Below the pieces are notes generated by a model. The model saw only the letters and a list, made by a program, of their open reading frames with translations. It was not told the origin of the DNA and searched no databases. A stretch of 64,000 bases of DNA. It comes from an uncultured Verrucomicrobiota bacterium (GTDB taxonomy: Bacteria; Verrucomicrobiota; Verrucomicrobiia; Opitutales; UBA9783). A program made the translations under genes and the position numbers. This document shows positions 30,619 to 40,848 of this stretch, piece by piece (position 1 is the stretch's first letter; each line of letters opens with the position of its first letter). The stretch spans positions 23,370 to 87,369 of the forward strand of contig CABUVL010000001.1 in the NCBI GenBank assembly GCA_902495005.1. The letters run 5' to 3'.

Positions 30619-32391
30619 ATGATCATAAATCAATCTCAAGAAAAGTTTATACAAGGTGTGGGTGTATCAAGTGGGATTATTTATGGGCCCGTCTTTGTTT
30701 TTTTAAAAACTGAATTAAAAATTCCCTATTATAAGGTAGAACCTTATCAGGCTCAGTCCGAATTACAAAATTTCAAGAAGGCCATCGAAGTTACCAAGCA
30801 GCAACTCGTTAACATACAAAAAGAAATCATACAAAAGGTCGGCACTTATGAAGCCAACATCTTCGACGCCCATTTGCTCTTATTGGAAGACAAGTCGCTT
30901 CTCAACGCAACCTTAGATGCCTTCCACAAACAACAATGTAACATCGCTTACTGCTTCAACGCTGTCATTCAAAGACTTATTCAACAATTCAGTACCATTG
31001 AAGACGTTCGACTGAAAGAACGCTGCCTGGACCTCAAGGATATTGCCCGACGCGTCTTGCAAAATTTACTGGGGCACCAACTGGTTAATCTAAGCTCGCT
31101 GCTCAAGGAGCCACGCATCGTGGTTACCAACAACCTAGATCCTTCCGATGCCGCCAATTTTTCCAAAAAGCAGGTGCAGGCATTATTGCTGGAAAGTGGC
31201 AGTAAAACTTGCCACGCGGCCATTATGGCCCGCTCATTCGGCATTCCCGCCATCGTCAACATCAAAGACATCTGCCAACAAATCACGGGAGACAGCAAGG
31301 TGCTGCTCGACGGTGACGAAGGAAAAGTCTTTATCAATCCGAGCCCACAAACCTTAATGCGCTACGGGCAGCTGCAAAAGCAACGCGATTCCTTTCAACT
31401 TGCCTTCGAAAACTCAAGCGAAAAAGCGATTCGGACAAAAGACGGCACAGAAATTGAGTTGTGGCTCAATTACGATGAGCCCATGAAAGAGCACGCGTTC
31501 TCCAAATTTCGCTGCAAAGGCATTGGCTTAGTTCGCACGGAAAACTTTTTCCTAAAGGGCAATCAATTCCTCACAGAAGACGAACAAGTTGAAATATACA
31601 AGGCGATTGCACAAAAAGCGCAGCCCTTCCCCGTTGTAATAAGAACGGTCGACATCGGTGGCGACAAAATCCCAAAAAACATGTCCTACCTGGAAGAAGA
31701 GAAAAATCCATTTTTGGGACTCAGGGGCATCCGATTTTGTCTCAGCAACCCAGATCTTTTCCTTACACAACTGAGGGCAATTTTACGGGCAAGTGTCGTC
31801 GGCAATATTCGCATCTTGTACCCGATGATCACCAACCTTCAGGAGCTGACGGCCGCCAATCAGCTGCTGCAGCAATGTAAGCAAGCACTGCGTGATCAAA
31901 ACGTCGCATTCAACGAGCAAATCCACATCGGCGCCATGATTGAGACCCCAAGTGCCGCCGTCATCGCAGACTTGCTGGCCCCCCATTGCGATTTTCTCAG
32001 CATTGGGACAAGTGACCTCATTCAATATACCTTGGCAGTCGATCGGACCAACGAACGGATCGCCCATTTGTACGAAACAACCCACCCGTCCATCGTACGT
32101 TTTCTCAAAAATATTGCAAAAGTCGGCCAATCATTCAACAAACCCATCTACATTTGTGGTGAATTAGCCAGCGATCCAATTTCAATCATTTTCGGCATGT
32201 CGCTCGGCATCCACGCCTTCTGCACACATCAAGATAAATTGGCAGAAATTCAATACCTCATCCAACAATGCACCCAAGCAGAATTGGACGAACTCAAAAA
32301 AAAATGCTCTCTGCTGGCCGATTCGGCTCAAATTTTCGCCCTTTACAAAAATTTTTATTTAAAAAAATTGAACGAAATTGCGAAAAAGTAG
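30619..32391 (+). CDS. ptsI: phosphoenolpyruvate-protein phosphotransferase (PTS enzyme I)
   Basis: 590 aa with the active-site His region GSKTCHAAIMARSFGIPAIV and the PEP-utilising C-terminal barrel (GLVRTENFF, IRTVDIGGDK, FLSIGTSDLIQYTLAVDR). Confidence 0.92.
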   Translation: MIINQSQEKFIQGVGVSSGIIYGPVFVFLKTELKIPYYKVEPYQAQSELQNFKKAIEVTKQQLVNIQKEIIQKVGTYEANIFDAHLLLLEDKSLLNATLDAFHKQQCNIAYCFNAVIQRLIQQFSTIEDVRLKERCLDLKDIARRVLQNLLGHQLVNLSSLLKEPRIVVTNNLDPSDAANFSKKQVQALLLESGSKTCHAAIMARSFGIPAIVNIKDICQQITGDSKVLLDGDEGKVFINPSPQTLMRYGQLQKQRDSFQLAFENSSEKAIRTKDGTEIELWLNYDEPMKEHAFSKFRCKGIGLVRTENFFLKGNQFLTEDEQVEIYKAIAQKAQPFPVVIRTVDIGGDKIPKNMSYLEEEKNPFLGLRGIRFCLSNPDLFLTQLRAILRASVVGNIRILYPMITNLQELTAANQLLQQCKQALRDQNVAFNEQIHIGAMIETPSAAVIADLLAPHCDFLSIGTSDLIQYTLAVDRTNERIAHLYETTHPSIVRFLKNIAKVGQSFNKPIYICGELASDPISIIFGMSLGIHAFCTHQDKLAEIQYLIQQCTQAELDELKKKCSLLADSAQIFALYKNFYLKKLNEIAKK

Positions 32392-32410
32392 TCTTTTCGC
32401 CCAAAAACGC

Positions 32411-32439
32411 TTGACAGAAACGCGCGCCTACGTATTAAT
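32411..32439 (+). promoter_or_regulatory. candidate sigma70-like promoter for the OMP gene
   Basis: TTGACA (32411-32416), a 17-nt spacer, then ATTAAT (32434-32439), about 55 nt upstream of ATG 32495. Identified by motif only. Confidence 0.35.
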
Positions 32440-32494
32440 ATTATGTAATTCCTTTTTTAAAGGGAGAAACATTAAAAATCTAAAGATAATAAAA

Positions 32495-33139
32495 ATGAAC
32501 AATAAATTATTCAAAATTGCATTAAGTGGTTTGGCACTTGCTTCAGGAAGTTTGTTCGCAGCTGATGCAGCTTGCAGCTCTTCTTTCAATCCTTATGTTG
32601 CCATCAAAGGTGGTTTCATGAAGCCAGCCAAGAGAAACGCAATCAAATATAAGAACGGCGGCATGGGCGGCGTTGAGCTCGGTATCTCCTATGATGCATG
32701 GCGCTTAGGATTGGAACTCTCCTATCGTCAATCCAAGGTTAAGTCAATTAAAGGTAAAGCCCCAGTTAAAGAAATTAAATTCAAAGCTTTGGCCGGCATG
32801 GTTAACGTTTACTACGACTACGCTTTGACCGAGGAAGTATCCCTCTATTTAGGCGCTGGCTTGGGTGTTGCTCAATGTGGTTACAATGCCAAAGGTGCAC
32901 AATTGACTGTTGCAGGATTATTGGGTAATAATGCTGTTAACACCCCTAAAGCAGACATTACAAAGACCGTATTTGCATGGCAAGTAATGGCTGGCTTGGG
33001 CTACGACATCAATGAAAATTGGACCGTAGAAGCCGGTTACAAATTGTTCAACACAAGCAAAATCAAGTTGGGCAACGGTTACGACATCAAGGCTCCTTTC
33101 TGCCACGCCATTGAATTGGGCTTGCGCTATAACTTCTAA
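32495..33139 (+). CDS. outer-membrane beta-barrel protein (OMP_b-brl / Omp25-like family)
   Basis: Signal peptide MNNKLFKIALSGLALASGSLFA/AD, alternating amphipathic beta-strand pattern, and the OMP terminus ELGLRYNF. The track ORF begins at 32378 inside ptsI; Met 32495 is the signal-peptide start. Confidence 0.85.
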   Translation: MNNKLFKIALSGLALASGSLFAADAACSSSFNPYVAIKGGFMKPAKRNAIKYKNGGMGGVELGISYDAWRLGLELSYRQSKVKSIKGKAPVKEIKFKALAGMVNVYYDYALTEEVSLYLGAGLGVAQCGYNAKGAQLTVAGLLGNNAVNTPKADITKTVFAWQVMAGLGYDINENWTVEAGYKLFNTSKIKLGNGYDIKAPFCHAIELGLRYNF

Positions 33140-33170
33140 TGTTATTTCGTAACATATTATAAGTTTAATA

Positions 33171-33201
33171 AGTGGACTTAGTTTTGCTAGGTCCACTTTT
33201 T
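33171..33201 (+). terminator. rho-independent terminator after the OMP gene
   Basis: AGTGGACTTA / TAGGTCCACT stem (about 10 bp, 7-nt loop), followed by TTTT. Confidence 0.6.
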
Positions 33202-33331
33202 GCATATGTGGGATAACAACTTAAAAGGAATCTTCATTCCTTCATTCCCAAGCAAGGGCCCCAAGCGCTACGCCAAGTACGAACGACGAAGCTAAACTTG
33301 TACAATCAATAAGCGAAAGGCTAATAAAAGC

Positions 33332-35131
33332 ATGGAAATTCACGTACTACCCGAAGTTATTGCCAATCAGATTGCGGCCGGAGAGGTCATTGAACGGCCC
33401 GTGAATGTCGTAAAGGAACTGCTTGAAAACAGTCTCGACGCCCATGCGAAATCCATCGACATTCAATTCCGTAACGGGGGCATTTCGTACATTCGCATCA
33501 GTGACGACGGTGATGGAATGGATGTCCAAGATGCGTTATTGTGCTTTCAACGCCACGCAACGAGCAAGCTGCAAAAAATAGAAGATATATATACTTTGCA
33601 ATCGTTTGGCTTCCGCGGAGAAGCTCTACCTTCGATTGCCAGCATTTCAAAAATCAACCTGCAAACCTGCCGACGGGGTGAGAGCATCGGCACAGAAATC
33701 GACATGTCCGGTGGCATCATTCGTCACCAAGGCCCCTGCGCCCGTACGCCGGGGACCACGTTTACGGTTGAACAACTTTTTTTCAATTTACCCGTACGGC
33801 GCAAATTTTTAAAGTCAGAAGCGACCGAAAGCACACACATTGTCAATTGCGTACGTTTGTACGCTTTGTCTTACCCAAAGATTTATTTTACGCTGACGGA
33901 AGATCGCCGACAAATCTTTGCTTCCCCCACCTGTAAGAGCTTAACCGACCGTATCGACGAAATTTGGCCTCGACGGTCCTGCAAACATTGGATTCCCCTG
34001 CAATTCAGTCGCCAAGGCATCGAAATTACGGGTCTCATCTGCCCGCCGGGCTACGGGTACGCAAGCGCGCAGGAGGTGTACATATTTCTCAATAAACGGC
34101 CCATCGCCAGCTTATTTCTACTGGGCGTCATCCGCGAAAGTTATCGCAATTACCTCCCTCCAAAATCTTACCCCGCCGTATTTCTATTCATTCACTTGCC
34201 TGAAAAAGACGTCGATATCAATGTGCACCCCAGTAAACGTGAGGTGCGCTTTAAAAACGAGCAAGCATTGCGTCAAGCGGTCTTAGAAGCCCTTTCCAAT
34301 ACGCTCAAAGCCAATGCCAGCCCCACGACGGATGCATTATTGAACGAAAGCTGGCCCCCATCTCAATCATTTTGCAACACCCCCCTCGCTCCAAAACCAG
34401 ACGTCCACGCAAGCTTTATTAAAGAAGCGAACGTAGCATCTAATAACCCCAAAGCGCCGTCCTTTCTTCTACATACGGCACCAGAAAGCCACCCAAGCAC
34501 ATTTACAAGGGCCGTGGCTAAGGAACCTCAAAATCAGAGGACCGAGGGTCGAAACGCCTCCCCATCGCCTCTAAAATTCCTAACCCTGTGGCAAAAACAT
34601 TACGCCTTGTACGAAACGGACGCCTACTTACTCTTCTTTGATTGTCAACAAGCCAACGCGCGCATCTGTTACGAAGAAAGCTTGAAAAATCTCCAAAAGA
34701 GCCGCCTCTGCCTACAAAAACTATTATTTCCACACACATTTACCTTATCACAAGCGCAGACGGAACTTTTAAAAGCGAACATAAGCTTTTTGAACGACAA
34801 AAATATTTGTTCATTACGCCACCTAAAAAACGACCAATTTTTACTCGAGGCACTGCCGGCATGCATAGATTTTAGGCATACGAGCCTATTCATAGATCAA
34901 TTACTGCTCGAGTTGAGTACCTACGGCACCTTGCAGAACCAAACGCAATGGGCTGAAAACACAGCGCGCATGCTGGCCAGGCAGGTGAATGTAACAGACC
35001 TCACTGAAACTAAGATCGAGTACCTACGTCAGCGATTGGCCCAGTGCGACAATACCACGACGGGGCCTGAAGGGCAGCTCATTTGGCACCCCTTGTCGCT
35101 CAGTGACCTCAAAAATCTCACGCCCCACTAA
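33332..35131 (+). CDS. mutL: DNA mismatch repair protein MutL
   Basis: GHKL ATPase N-terminus (LPEVIANQIAAGEVIERPVNVVKELLENSLDA, DDGDGM, FGFRGEAL), with a divergent linker and C-terminal dimerisation domain. Confidence 0.92.
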   Translation: MEIHVLPEVIANQIAAGEVIERPVNVVKELLENSLDAHAKSIDIQFRNGGISYIRISDDGDGMDVQDALLCFQRHATSKLQKIEDIYTLQSFGFRGEALPSIASISKINLQTCRRGESIGTEIDMSGGIIRHQGPCARTPGTTFTVEQLFFNLPVRRKFLKSEATESTHIVNCVRLYALSYPKIYFTLTEDRRQIFASPTCKSLTDRIDEIWPRRSCKHWIPLQFSRQGIEITGLICPPGYGYASAQEVYIFLNKRPIASLFLLGVIRESYRNYLPPKSYPAVFLFIHLPEKDVDINVHPSKREVRFKNEQALRQAVLEALSNTLKANASPTTDALLNESWPPSQSFCNTPLAPKPDVHASFIKEANVASNNPKAPSFLLHTAPESHPSTFTRAVAKEPQNQRTEGRNASPSPLKFLTLWQKHYALYETDAYLLFFDCQQANARICYEESLKNLQKSRLCLQKLLFPHTFTLSQAQTELLKANISFLNDKNICSLRHLKNDQFLLEALPACIDFRHTSLFIDQLLLELSTYGTLQNQTQWAENTARMLARQVNVTDLTETKIEYLRQRLAQCDNTTTGPEGQLIWHPLSLSDLKNLTPH

Positions 35132-36146
35132 GGCCTTCCAAATGTAAATTTTCAAGCGGATGCTCCGCAGATATCGCTTGCCAGCCTTTTGACGTCAATT
35201 GGCGACCTTGCGGCGTCCTTTGCAAGTACCCCTCTTGAATGAGAAACGGCTCGTGAACCTCTTCCAAGGTATCTACTTGCTCGCCAATAGCCACGGCCAA
35301 GGTATTCACTCCGGTCGGACCTCCGTGAAAATGATGCGCCAGGGTTGATAAAATCCGCTTATCCATCTCATCTAACCCATGCTCATCAATGTCCAATAAT
35401 TGCAACGCTTCTGCCGCCGAAGTCCGATCGATCACGCCCCCATTCTTCTGAGAGGCGTAATCGCGCACAAAGTACACCAAGTTATTGGCGATACGCGGCG
35501 TTCCCCGTGACCGCGACGCAATTTCTTGCGCCCCCTCTTTGGTAATTTTGATGCCCAAGATTTGTGTCGTACGCAGAACAATTTGAGCCAACTCCTTGTC
35601 CGTATAATAATTCAAGCGGGTCTGCAGAGTAAATCGGCTTCTTAAGGGGGCCGTGAGTAAACCGACACGTGTGGTAGCCCCAATCAGGGTAAATTTCGGT
35701 ATCGACAAACGTACACTGCGCGCATTCGGCCCCTGATCGATCATGACATCGATGAGGAAATCTTCCATGGCGGAGTACAAGTACTCCTCGACGGCCTTTG
35801 GAATGCGGTGAATTTCATCGATAAACAAGATGTCATTGGGCTCCAGATTGGTCAACAATCCGGCCAAATCGGCGGCTTTTTCAATCACAGGCCCCGATGA
35901 AATGTGCACGTGCACCTGCATCTCTCGTCCCAATATGTGTGCCAGCGTCGTCTTTCCCAAGCCCGGAGGCCCACTCATCAAAATGTGATTCAACGCATCG
36001 TGCCTTTGCCGCGCCGCCCCCACCATAATTCTGAGCCGCTCCAAGGTCTTTGTTTGCCCAACAAAATCTGCGAACAGGGGAGGCCTCAACGAACTCTCTT
36101 CGTTCAAGTTCTCCTGATTCAAGGCTACAGAGGGTTTTATTGACAT
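35118..36146 (-). CDS. ruvB: Holliday junction helicase RuvB
   Basis: LRPPLFADFVGQ, Walker A GPPGLGKTTLA, Walker B ILFIDEIHR, GATTRVGLLTAPLRSRF, and a winged-helix C-terminus. Confidence 0.95.
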   Translation of the reverse strand: MSIKPSVALNQENLNEESSLRPPLFADFVGQTKTLERLRIMVGAARQRHDALNHILMSGPPGLGKTTLAHILGREMQVHVHISSGPVIEKAADLAGLLTNLEPNDILFIDEIHRIPKAVEEYLYSAMEDFLIDVMIDQGPNARSVRLSIPKFTLIGATTRVGLLTAPLRSRFTLQTRLNYYTDKELAQIVLRTTQILGIKITKEGAQEIASRSRGTPRIANNLVYFVRDYASQKNGGVIDRTSAAEALQLLDIDEHGLDEMDKRILSTLAHHFHGGPTGVNTLAVAIGEQVDTLEEVHEPFLIQEGYLQRTPQGRQLTSKGWQAISAEHPLENLHLEGLSGA

Positions 36147-37516
36147 TCCTTAAACTCGGCAAGTAGTTGGGTCAACGTGGACTTAGCATCCCCGTACAAC
36201 ATACACGTGTTGTCCTTCGTGAACAAGACGTTGTCTAAGCCAGAAAAACCTTTCCCTTGGCCGCGCTTCAAGACAAACACCGTCTTTGCCTTGTAAACTT
36301 CTACAATCGGCATACCGTAAATGGGCGACCCTTCATTCTCAACAGCCGCCGGATTAACAACGTCATTGGCCCCCACAACAATCGCAACATCTGTATTCTC
36401 CAAACGCTCATTTGCCGGCTCCAATTCAACCAATTGATCGTAATCCACATCCGCCTCCGCCAACAAGACATTCATGTGCCCGGGCATTCGTCCTGCAACT
36501 GGGTGAATCGCGTAGTAAACTTCAGCCCCATTAGCTTGAAGACATGAAGCCAAATCTTTAACGGCGTGCTGCGCCTGCGCAACGGCCATTCCATAACCCG
36601 GAACAAATGCAACCGTGTGTGCGGCTTCTAAAATATAATAGGCATCCTCAATGGAAATGGATTTCGCTTCGGCATGATTCGCCTCCGTCACTTGTACCTG
36701 CTTGCGCACAAAGCCGCCCAAGAGGACCTTTTTAAGCGAACGATTCATCGCCTTGCACATAATTCCGGTCAAAATAAGCCCACTCGTGCCCACCAAACAG
36801 CCTGCGACAATGAGCACCTTATTGAGGATAATCAATCCAACCGCGCATGCGGCTACCCCCGATAGACTGTTCAAGAGCGCGATCATCACCGGCATATCCC
36901 CTCCACCAATGTGTAAAAGGAAGCACACACCGCCAATTAAGCTCAAAATCATGAGGCTGTAAAAGGCAGTAATGTCGTTAGACATCAAATAAATGCTCGT
37001 CGAAACAATCAACAAAACGATCAGAACAACATCGCAGAGCCTTTGACCACGGAAACAAATGGCCGCCCCCGAAATTTTACGGCTTAATTTACCGTAGGCG
37101 AGTAAACTGCCCGTAAACGTTATTCCACCAATAATGAGCGTTAAGCAGATGGAAATTTGTGAAAATCTTAACGCAAAATCAAAGTATTCCACCGGCCACT
37201 GACTCAATTTGTAACCTTCGACGATCCCCACCAATACACTCGCCAGTCCGCCTAAGCCGTTAAGCAACGCCACCATTTCCGGCATCGCCGTCATGGGCGC
37301 CTTATGGGCCACCCAAAGTCCCACGTAAGAGCCCAGCAAGGCGACGACAAACGTCATCAGCATTTGAGTGGGAGGGCAATCAATAACGGTAATCCCCACC
37401 GCCAACAACATGCCCGCAGCGGATACAAAATTACCACAACGCGCCGTTGAAGCACGTCCGAGTAATTTAATGCCAAAAATTAATAAAAAAGCCGATAAAA
37501 TTAAACAAACATTCAT
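36137..37516 (-). CDS. pntB: NAD(P) transhydrogenase subunit beta (PntB)
   Basis: Multi-TM N-terminal half and the dIII NADP(H) domain (GYGMAVAQAQHAV, IHPVAGRMPGHMNVLLAEA, VIVGANDVVNPAA, PIYGMPIVEV). Confidence 0.93.
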   Translation of the reverse strand: MNVCLILSAFLLIFGIKLLGRASTARCGNFVSAAGMLLAVGITVIDCPPTQMLMTFVVALLGSYVGLWVAHKAPMTAMPEMVALLNGLGGLASVLVGIVEGYKLSQWPVEYFDFALRFSQISICLTLIIGGITFTGSLLAYGKLSRKISGAAICFRGQRLCDVVLIVLLIVSTSIYLMSNDITAFYSLMILSLIGGVCFLLHIGGGDMPVMIALLNSLSGVAACAVGLIILNKVLIVAGCLVGTSGLILTGIMCKAMNRSLKKVLLGGFVRKQVQVTEANHAEAKSISIEDAYYILEAAHTVAFVPGYGMAVAQAQHAVKDLASCLQANGAEVYYAIHPVAGRMPGHMNVLLAEADVDYDQLVELEPANERLENTDVAIVVGANDVVNPAAVENEGSPIYGMPIVEVYKAKTVFVLKRGQGKGFSGLDNVLFTKDNTCMLYGDAKSTLTQLLAEFKECQ

Positions 37517-37523
37517 AAAAACC

Positions 37524-37832
37524 TTAACGCTTACGATTTTCTTTCGAGCGGAACATCTTCAACATACGATCTGTCACGCAATAACCGCCAACGATGTTGA
37601 TCATTGCAAAAAAAACAGCCGCATTCCCCAAAAATAACACCCATCCGCTGTGCGCTTGAGATAAGACTACTAAAGCACCCAATAGGGTAATGCCGGAAAT
37701 TGCATTGGTCCCCGACATCAGAGGCGTGTGCAATTGTGAAGGGATTTTTGCAATCAATTCAAAGCCCAATAAACTCGCTAACAGTACACTAAAACATAAC
37801 CAACCATAATCCATGCCTACCAATGTAAGCAT
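37524..37832 (-). CDS. pntAB: NAD(P) transhydrogenase subunit alpha part 2 (membrane part, PntAB)
   Basis: 102-aa three-TM protein with HTPLMSGTNAISGITLLGAL, directly upstream of pntB. Confidence 0.88.
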   Translation of the reverse strand: MLTLVGMDYGWLCFSVLLASLLGFELIAKIPSQLHTPLMSGTNAISGITLLGALVVLSQAHSGWVLFLGNAAVFFAMINIVGGYCVTDRMLKMFRSKENRKR

Positions 37833-38230
37833 TTCTTTCTACAAGGAAAGGAAATTTTTTAAAAGACTGCAATGCCCTTGTACAAGCACCCATCGAATAA
37901 AATTCAACGTTTCTGCCACGCTAACGCCGGTTCAATTAATACGTTCATTCAAACACAATTCACTCAATATTTAATTAATAATCAACAAGATAAGATTTAA
38001 CCAAAAATCATTTACAAAACCTACCCTGCCAACGTAGTTCATTTTCTTTCAGAGCCACGAACCACTTAAACAATAAACAATCTTCTAAACGAGAAAGGCA
38101 CAAAGACAATGCCGTTGTGGGCACGTTTAAATTTTTTCTTAATCAGAAAGTTAGCAATCAAGCCCTTCCGTCCATTGCCAGCATCTTATGATCAATGTAC
38201 AATGGAAAAAAGCAAGCCTATGTCGACAAT

Positions 38231-39190
38231 TCACTTGGCGTTCACCAATCGCATCGTCGCATCCACCACCTCTTCTACCGAGACATGCGACAAGTTGCCG
38301 TCGCTAGCTTGGAACACGGAGTGCTTGGGATCATCAAGCGGATAGGGCCCATAACGTTTCGAATCCGTGGGGCCATAGATACCGATTAAAGGCCGACACA
38401 GGGCCGCCGCCAAATGCAGAGGGCCGCTGTCATTGGCTACAACACACTGCGCCCCGGAAATAAGCCCCGGGAGCTCTTCCAAGGCGGTTTTCCCCATTAA
38501 ATTGATAAAACGCTCGTGTTTAGGCAAATTGTCTGACCTTCCTTGGCCGCACCACACACAATATAATTGTGTTTTTGACAATAATTGCTCTGCATATGCC
38601 CTAAAATAGGGCCATTCCTTGCGAGGTCCACGACTGCTTGGGAAAATGGCCACGTATGCAATGTCTTTTAAAACGGCCAAGGGTTCTGTCAGCGTAAATG
38701 TAACGGGCCTGGCAGGGAAGCTATCGGCTTCAAAGATTTTAAGCAGAGCATTCAAAATCTCCACCGCGTGGGCCCCTTGCACTCGCGGCGCGAAACGGTA
38801 TCGGTAAAACAATCCAGCTCCCTCGCGCGCATCTTTACGGCCCACTTTATACCTTCCTTTAGCGAACAAGCACATAAGCCCCGAACGCAACAGGCCCTGA
38901 AAGTCCAAAACGTAATCGTAACGATACGTGCGAACTTCCTTCATAAGCCTCCAAAAGGCACGTAATCCGCCGTAGCGCTGAAAAATAAAGAGCTTGCTAA
39001 TCATGGGCGAACACCGCAGTAATGGGGCAAAACAATCGCGCACAATCCAATGAATTTCAATCGGCTTTTGTGTTTTCAGACACTGCTGATAAAACCCCTC
39101 CACCACCTGAACGGTTTGAATAATATCGCCCAACGACGAGGGCTTAATGACCAAAATTCGGCAGGGTTTTTCTGCGTTAGCATTCATCAC
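38231..39190 (-). CDS. glycosyltransferase family 9 (LPS heptosyltransferase-like)
   Basis: ILVIKPSSLGDIIQTVQV N-terminus and C-terminal GT9 block (VANDSGPLHLAAALCRPLIGIYGPTD). Confidence 0.85.
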   Translation of the reverse strand: MMNANAEKPCRILVIKPSSLGDIIQTVQVVEGFYQQCLKTQKPIEIHWIVRDCFAPLLRCSPMISKLFIFQRYGGLRAFWRLMKEVRTYRYDYVLDFQGLLRSGLMCLFAKGRYKVGRKDAREGAGLFYRYRFAPRVQGAHAVEILNALLKIFEADSFPARPVTFTLTEPLAVLKDIAYVAIFPSSRGPRKEWPYFRAYAEQLLSKTQLYCVWCGQGRSDNLPKHERFINLMGKTALEELPGLISGAQCVVANDSGPLHLAAALCRPLIGIYGPTDSKRYGPYPLDDPKHSVFQASDGNLSHVSVEEVVDATMRLVNAK

Positions 39191-40221
39191 ATTGCAGAGC
39201 TCTTAATCCAAGTCACCAATTTTTGCATCCCCTCCTCATTCGAAATTTTGGGCAGGTAATGCAAGTCCATTTTCGCGGCGGCCATACTAAAATAGTGGTC
39301 TTTCGACAATTCAGTTGCCACAAATCGCGTCATGGGCGGCTGCGCAGAAATGTGCAACAATTTGTAGACCAATTCAAAGCAAGCGCCCATCGCGTATGCC
39401 ACCCGGAATGGGATTCTTTTTTGAACCCGTGGGAGGTTTAAGCGGCCCAACAACTCATTGATCCAATCCCACAAACGCACGGGATCATCCTGAGAGATGA
39501 AGTACGCCTTGCCATCAATTTTACCATTCCCCAAGGCATTCATAGCCATCACATGCGCATCAGCCACATTTTCAACGTACGACACATCGACCCAATTATT
39601 TCCATCTCCCACTTTAAACAACAATCCCTTTCTAACCAACTTAAGTAGATTAGGAATTAAATGCTGATCTCCCGGACCCCAGATGAGGTGCGGACGTAAG
39701 GCGACCGTGCAAAGCCCATTTTCCCCATTAGCTCTCAACACGGCTTCTTCTGCAATTCTCTTCGTTTTAGCGTAGGCGCACAACCAATGCTTGCCGTACG
39801 GCGTACTTTCAGTCACGTTCGAAAGCGACTGCCCGTTAAAAACAACACTCGGCGTACTCGTATAAACCAATTTTTTTACGCCCCAGTGTTGGCACGCTTT
39901 TAAAACATTCAAAGTCCCCTCAACATTCGCGCGATAATAATTCTTGTAGGAGCCCCAAACTCCCGCCTTCGCGGCAACGTGGAACACGACCTCACAAGCT
40001 TTAACGGCGTTTGAAATCGCTTCGAAATCAGTTAAATCGCCGTAATGCACCTCAACACCATTCTGCGCTAAATCCTCACACACATGCCTGCAAAAAATGC
40101 GTATATCTTCAATGCCATTGCGCTTGAGGGCCTGTATAAGATGCCTCCCTAAAAATCCAGAACCTCCTGTAATAAGTACCTTCACCCCATCAATAAAGGC
40201 CCAAAAAGCATCTCCTTGCAA
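39187..40221 (-). CDS. NAD-dependent epimerase/dehydratase, 3-beta-hydroxysteroid dehydrogenase-like family
   Basis: Rossmann motif VLITGGSGFLGRHL, VFHVAAKAG, STPSVVF, and the catalytic YAKTK (YxxxK). It overlaps the GT9 gene start by 4 nt. Confidence 0.8.
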   Translation of the reverse strand: MQGDAFWAFIDGVKVLITGGSGFLGRHLIQALKRNGIEDIRIFCRHVCEDLAQNGVEVHYGDLTDFEAISNAVKACEVVFHVAAKAGVWGSYKNYYRANVEGTLNVLKACQHWGVKKLVYTSTPSVVFNGQSLSNVTESTPYGKHWLCAYAKTKRIAEEAVLRANGENGLCTVALRPHLIWGPGDQHLIPNLLKLVRKGLLFKVGDGNNWVDVSYVENVADAHVMAMNALGNGKIDGKAYFISQDDPVRLWDWINELLGRLNLPRVQKRIPFRVAYAMGACFELVYKLLHISAQPPMTRFVATELSKDHYFSMAAAKMDLHYLPKISNEEGMQKLVTWIKSSAM

Positions 40222-40848
40222 AAAAATTTTCTATCTTTTTAATTTTCCGTAAATTAAGCTAAAACGACGAGCAACATCCTGAAATGACCATTGGTGAAAA
40301 GAATTGTTTCCATTCTCCAGTTCAACAGGACAAGCTGAGAAGGACCCAAGCTCATAAACACAGAACAATGCTGCTGGCTTCTCCTTTAACAATACAATTT
40401 AATTTGTCATTTATCTTCCCATTATAGTCCAACTGTATATCTCAGTTCCCCAGCCACTTCGAACATGGACAATAGAGCCGAAATGTACTTGAACGTAGAC
40501 GTCGTCCACGGCGTGAGGGAACAGGATCAAAATGCGGCCGTCTAAGGACTGCCAAAAGACGCTCGCACAAATGCGGACCGCTGCAAATTGAATCGATTGT
40601 TCATCAAAATAACTGGCCTGAATAATGCCCAAGCGCCTGACTTATTTCAAACGTTATGTCCCATCAATCGCTTTGCAGACCGGCATCCCCCTTAATGAAC
40701 CAAATGAAACTTTTATTTCCCTTAAGTAGGCACCCAGTTCCCAGGATTTCGAGAAGATTCAAGGTTTTTACAAAACTTCGTTACTCTCACGCAACATTTT
40801 CAAATAAAAACATTGTCGTCGTACGCGCAATAAGCTACGACAAAAAAG

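Noticed and set aside
40411-40632. 73-aa minus-strand ORF in the 627-bp gap between the epimerase and the symporter genes.
   Set aside because: It could be a small gene or a remnant, but I recognise no family, no start context and no signal, so the support is insufficient to call it.
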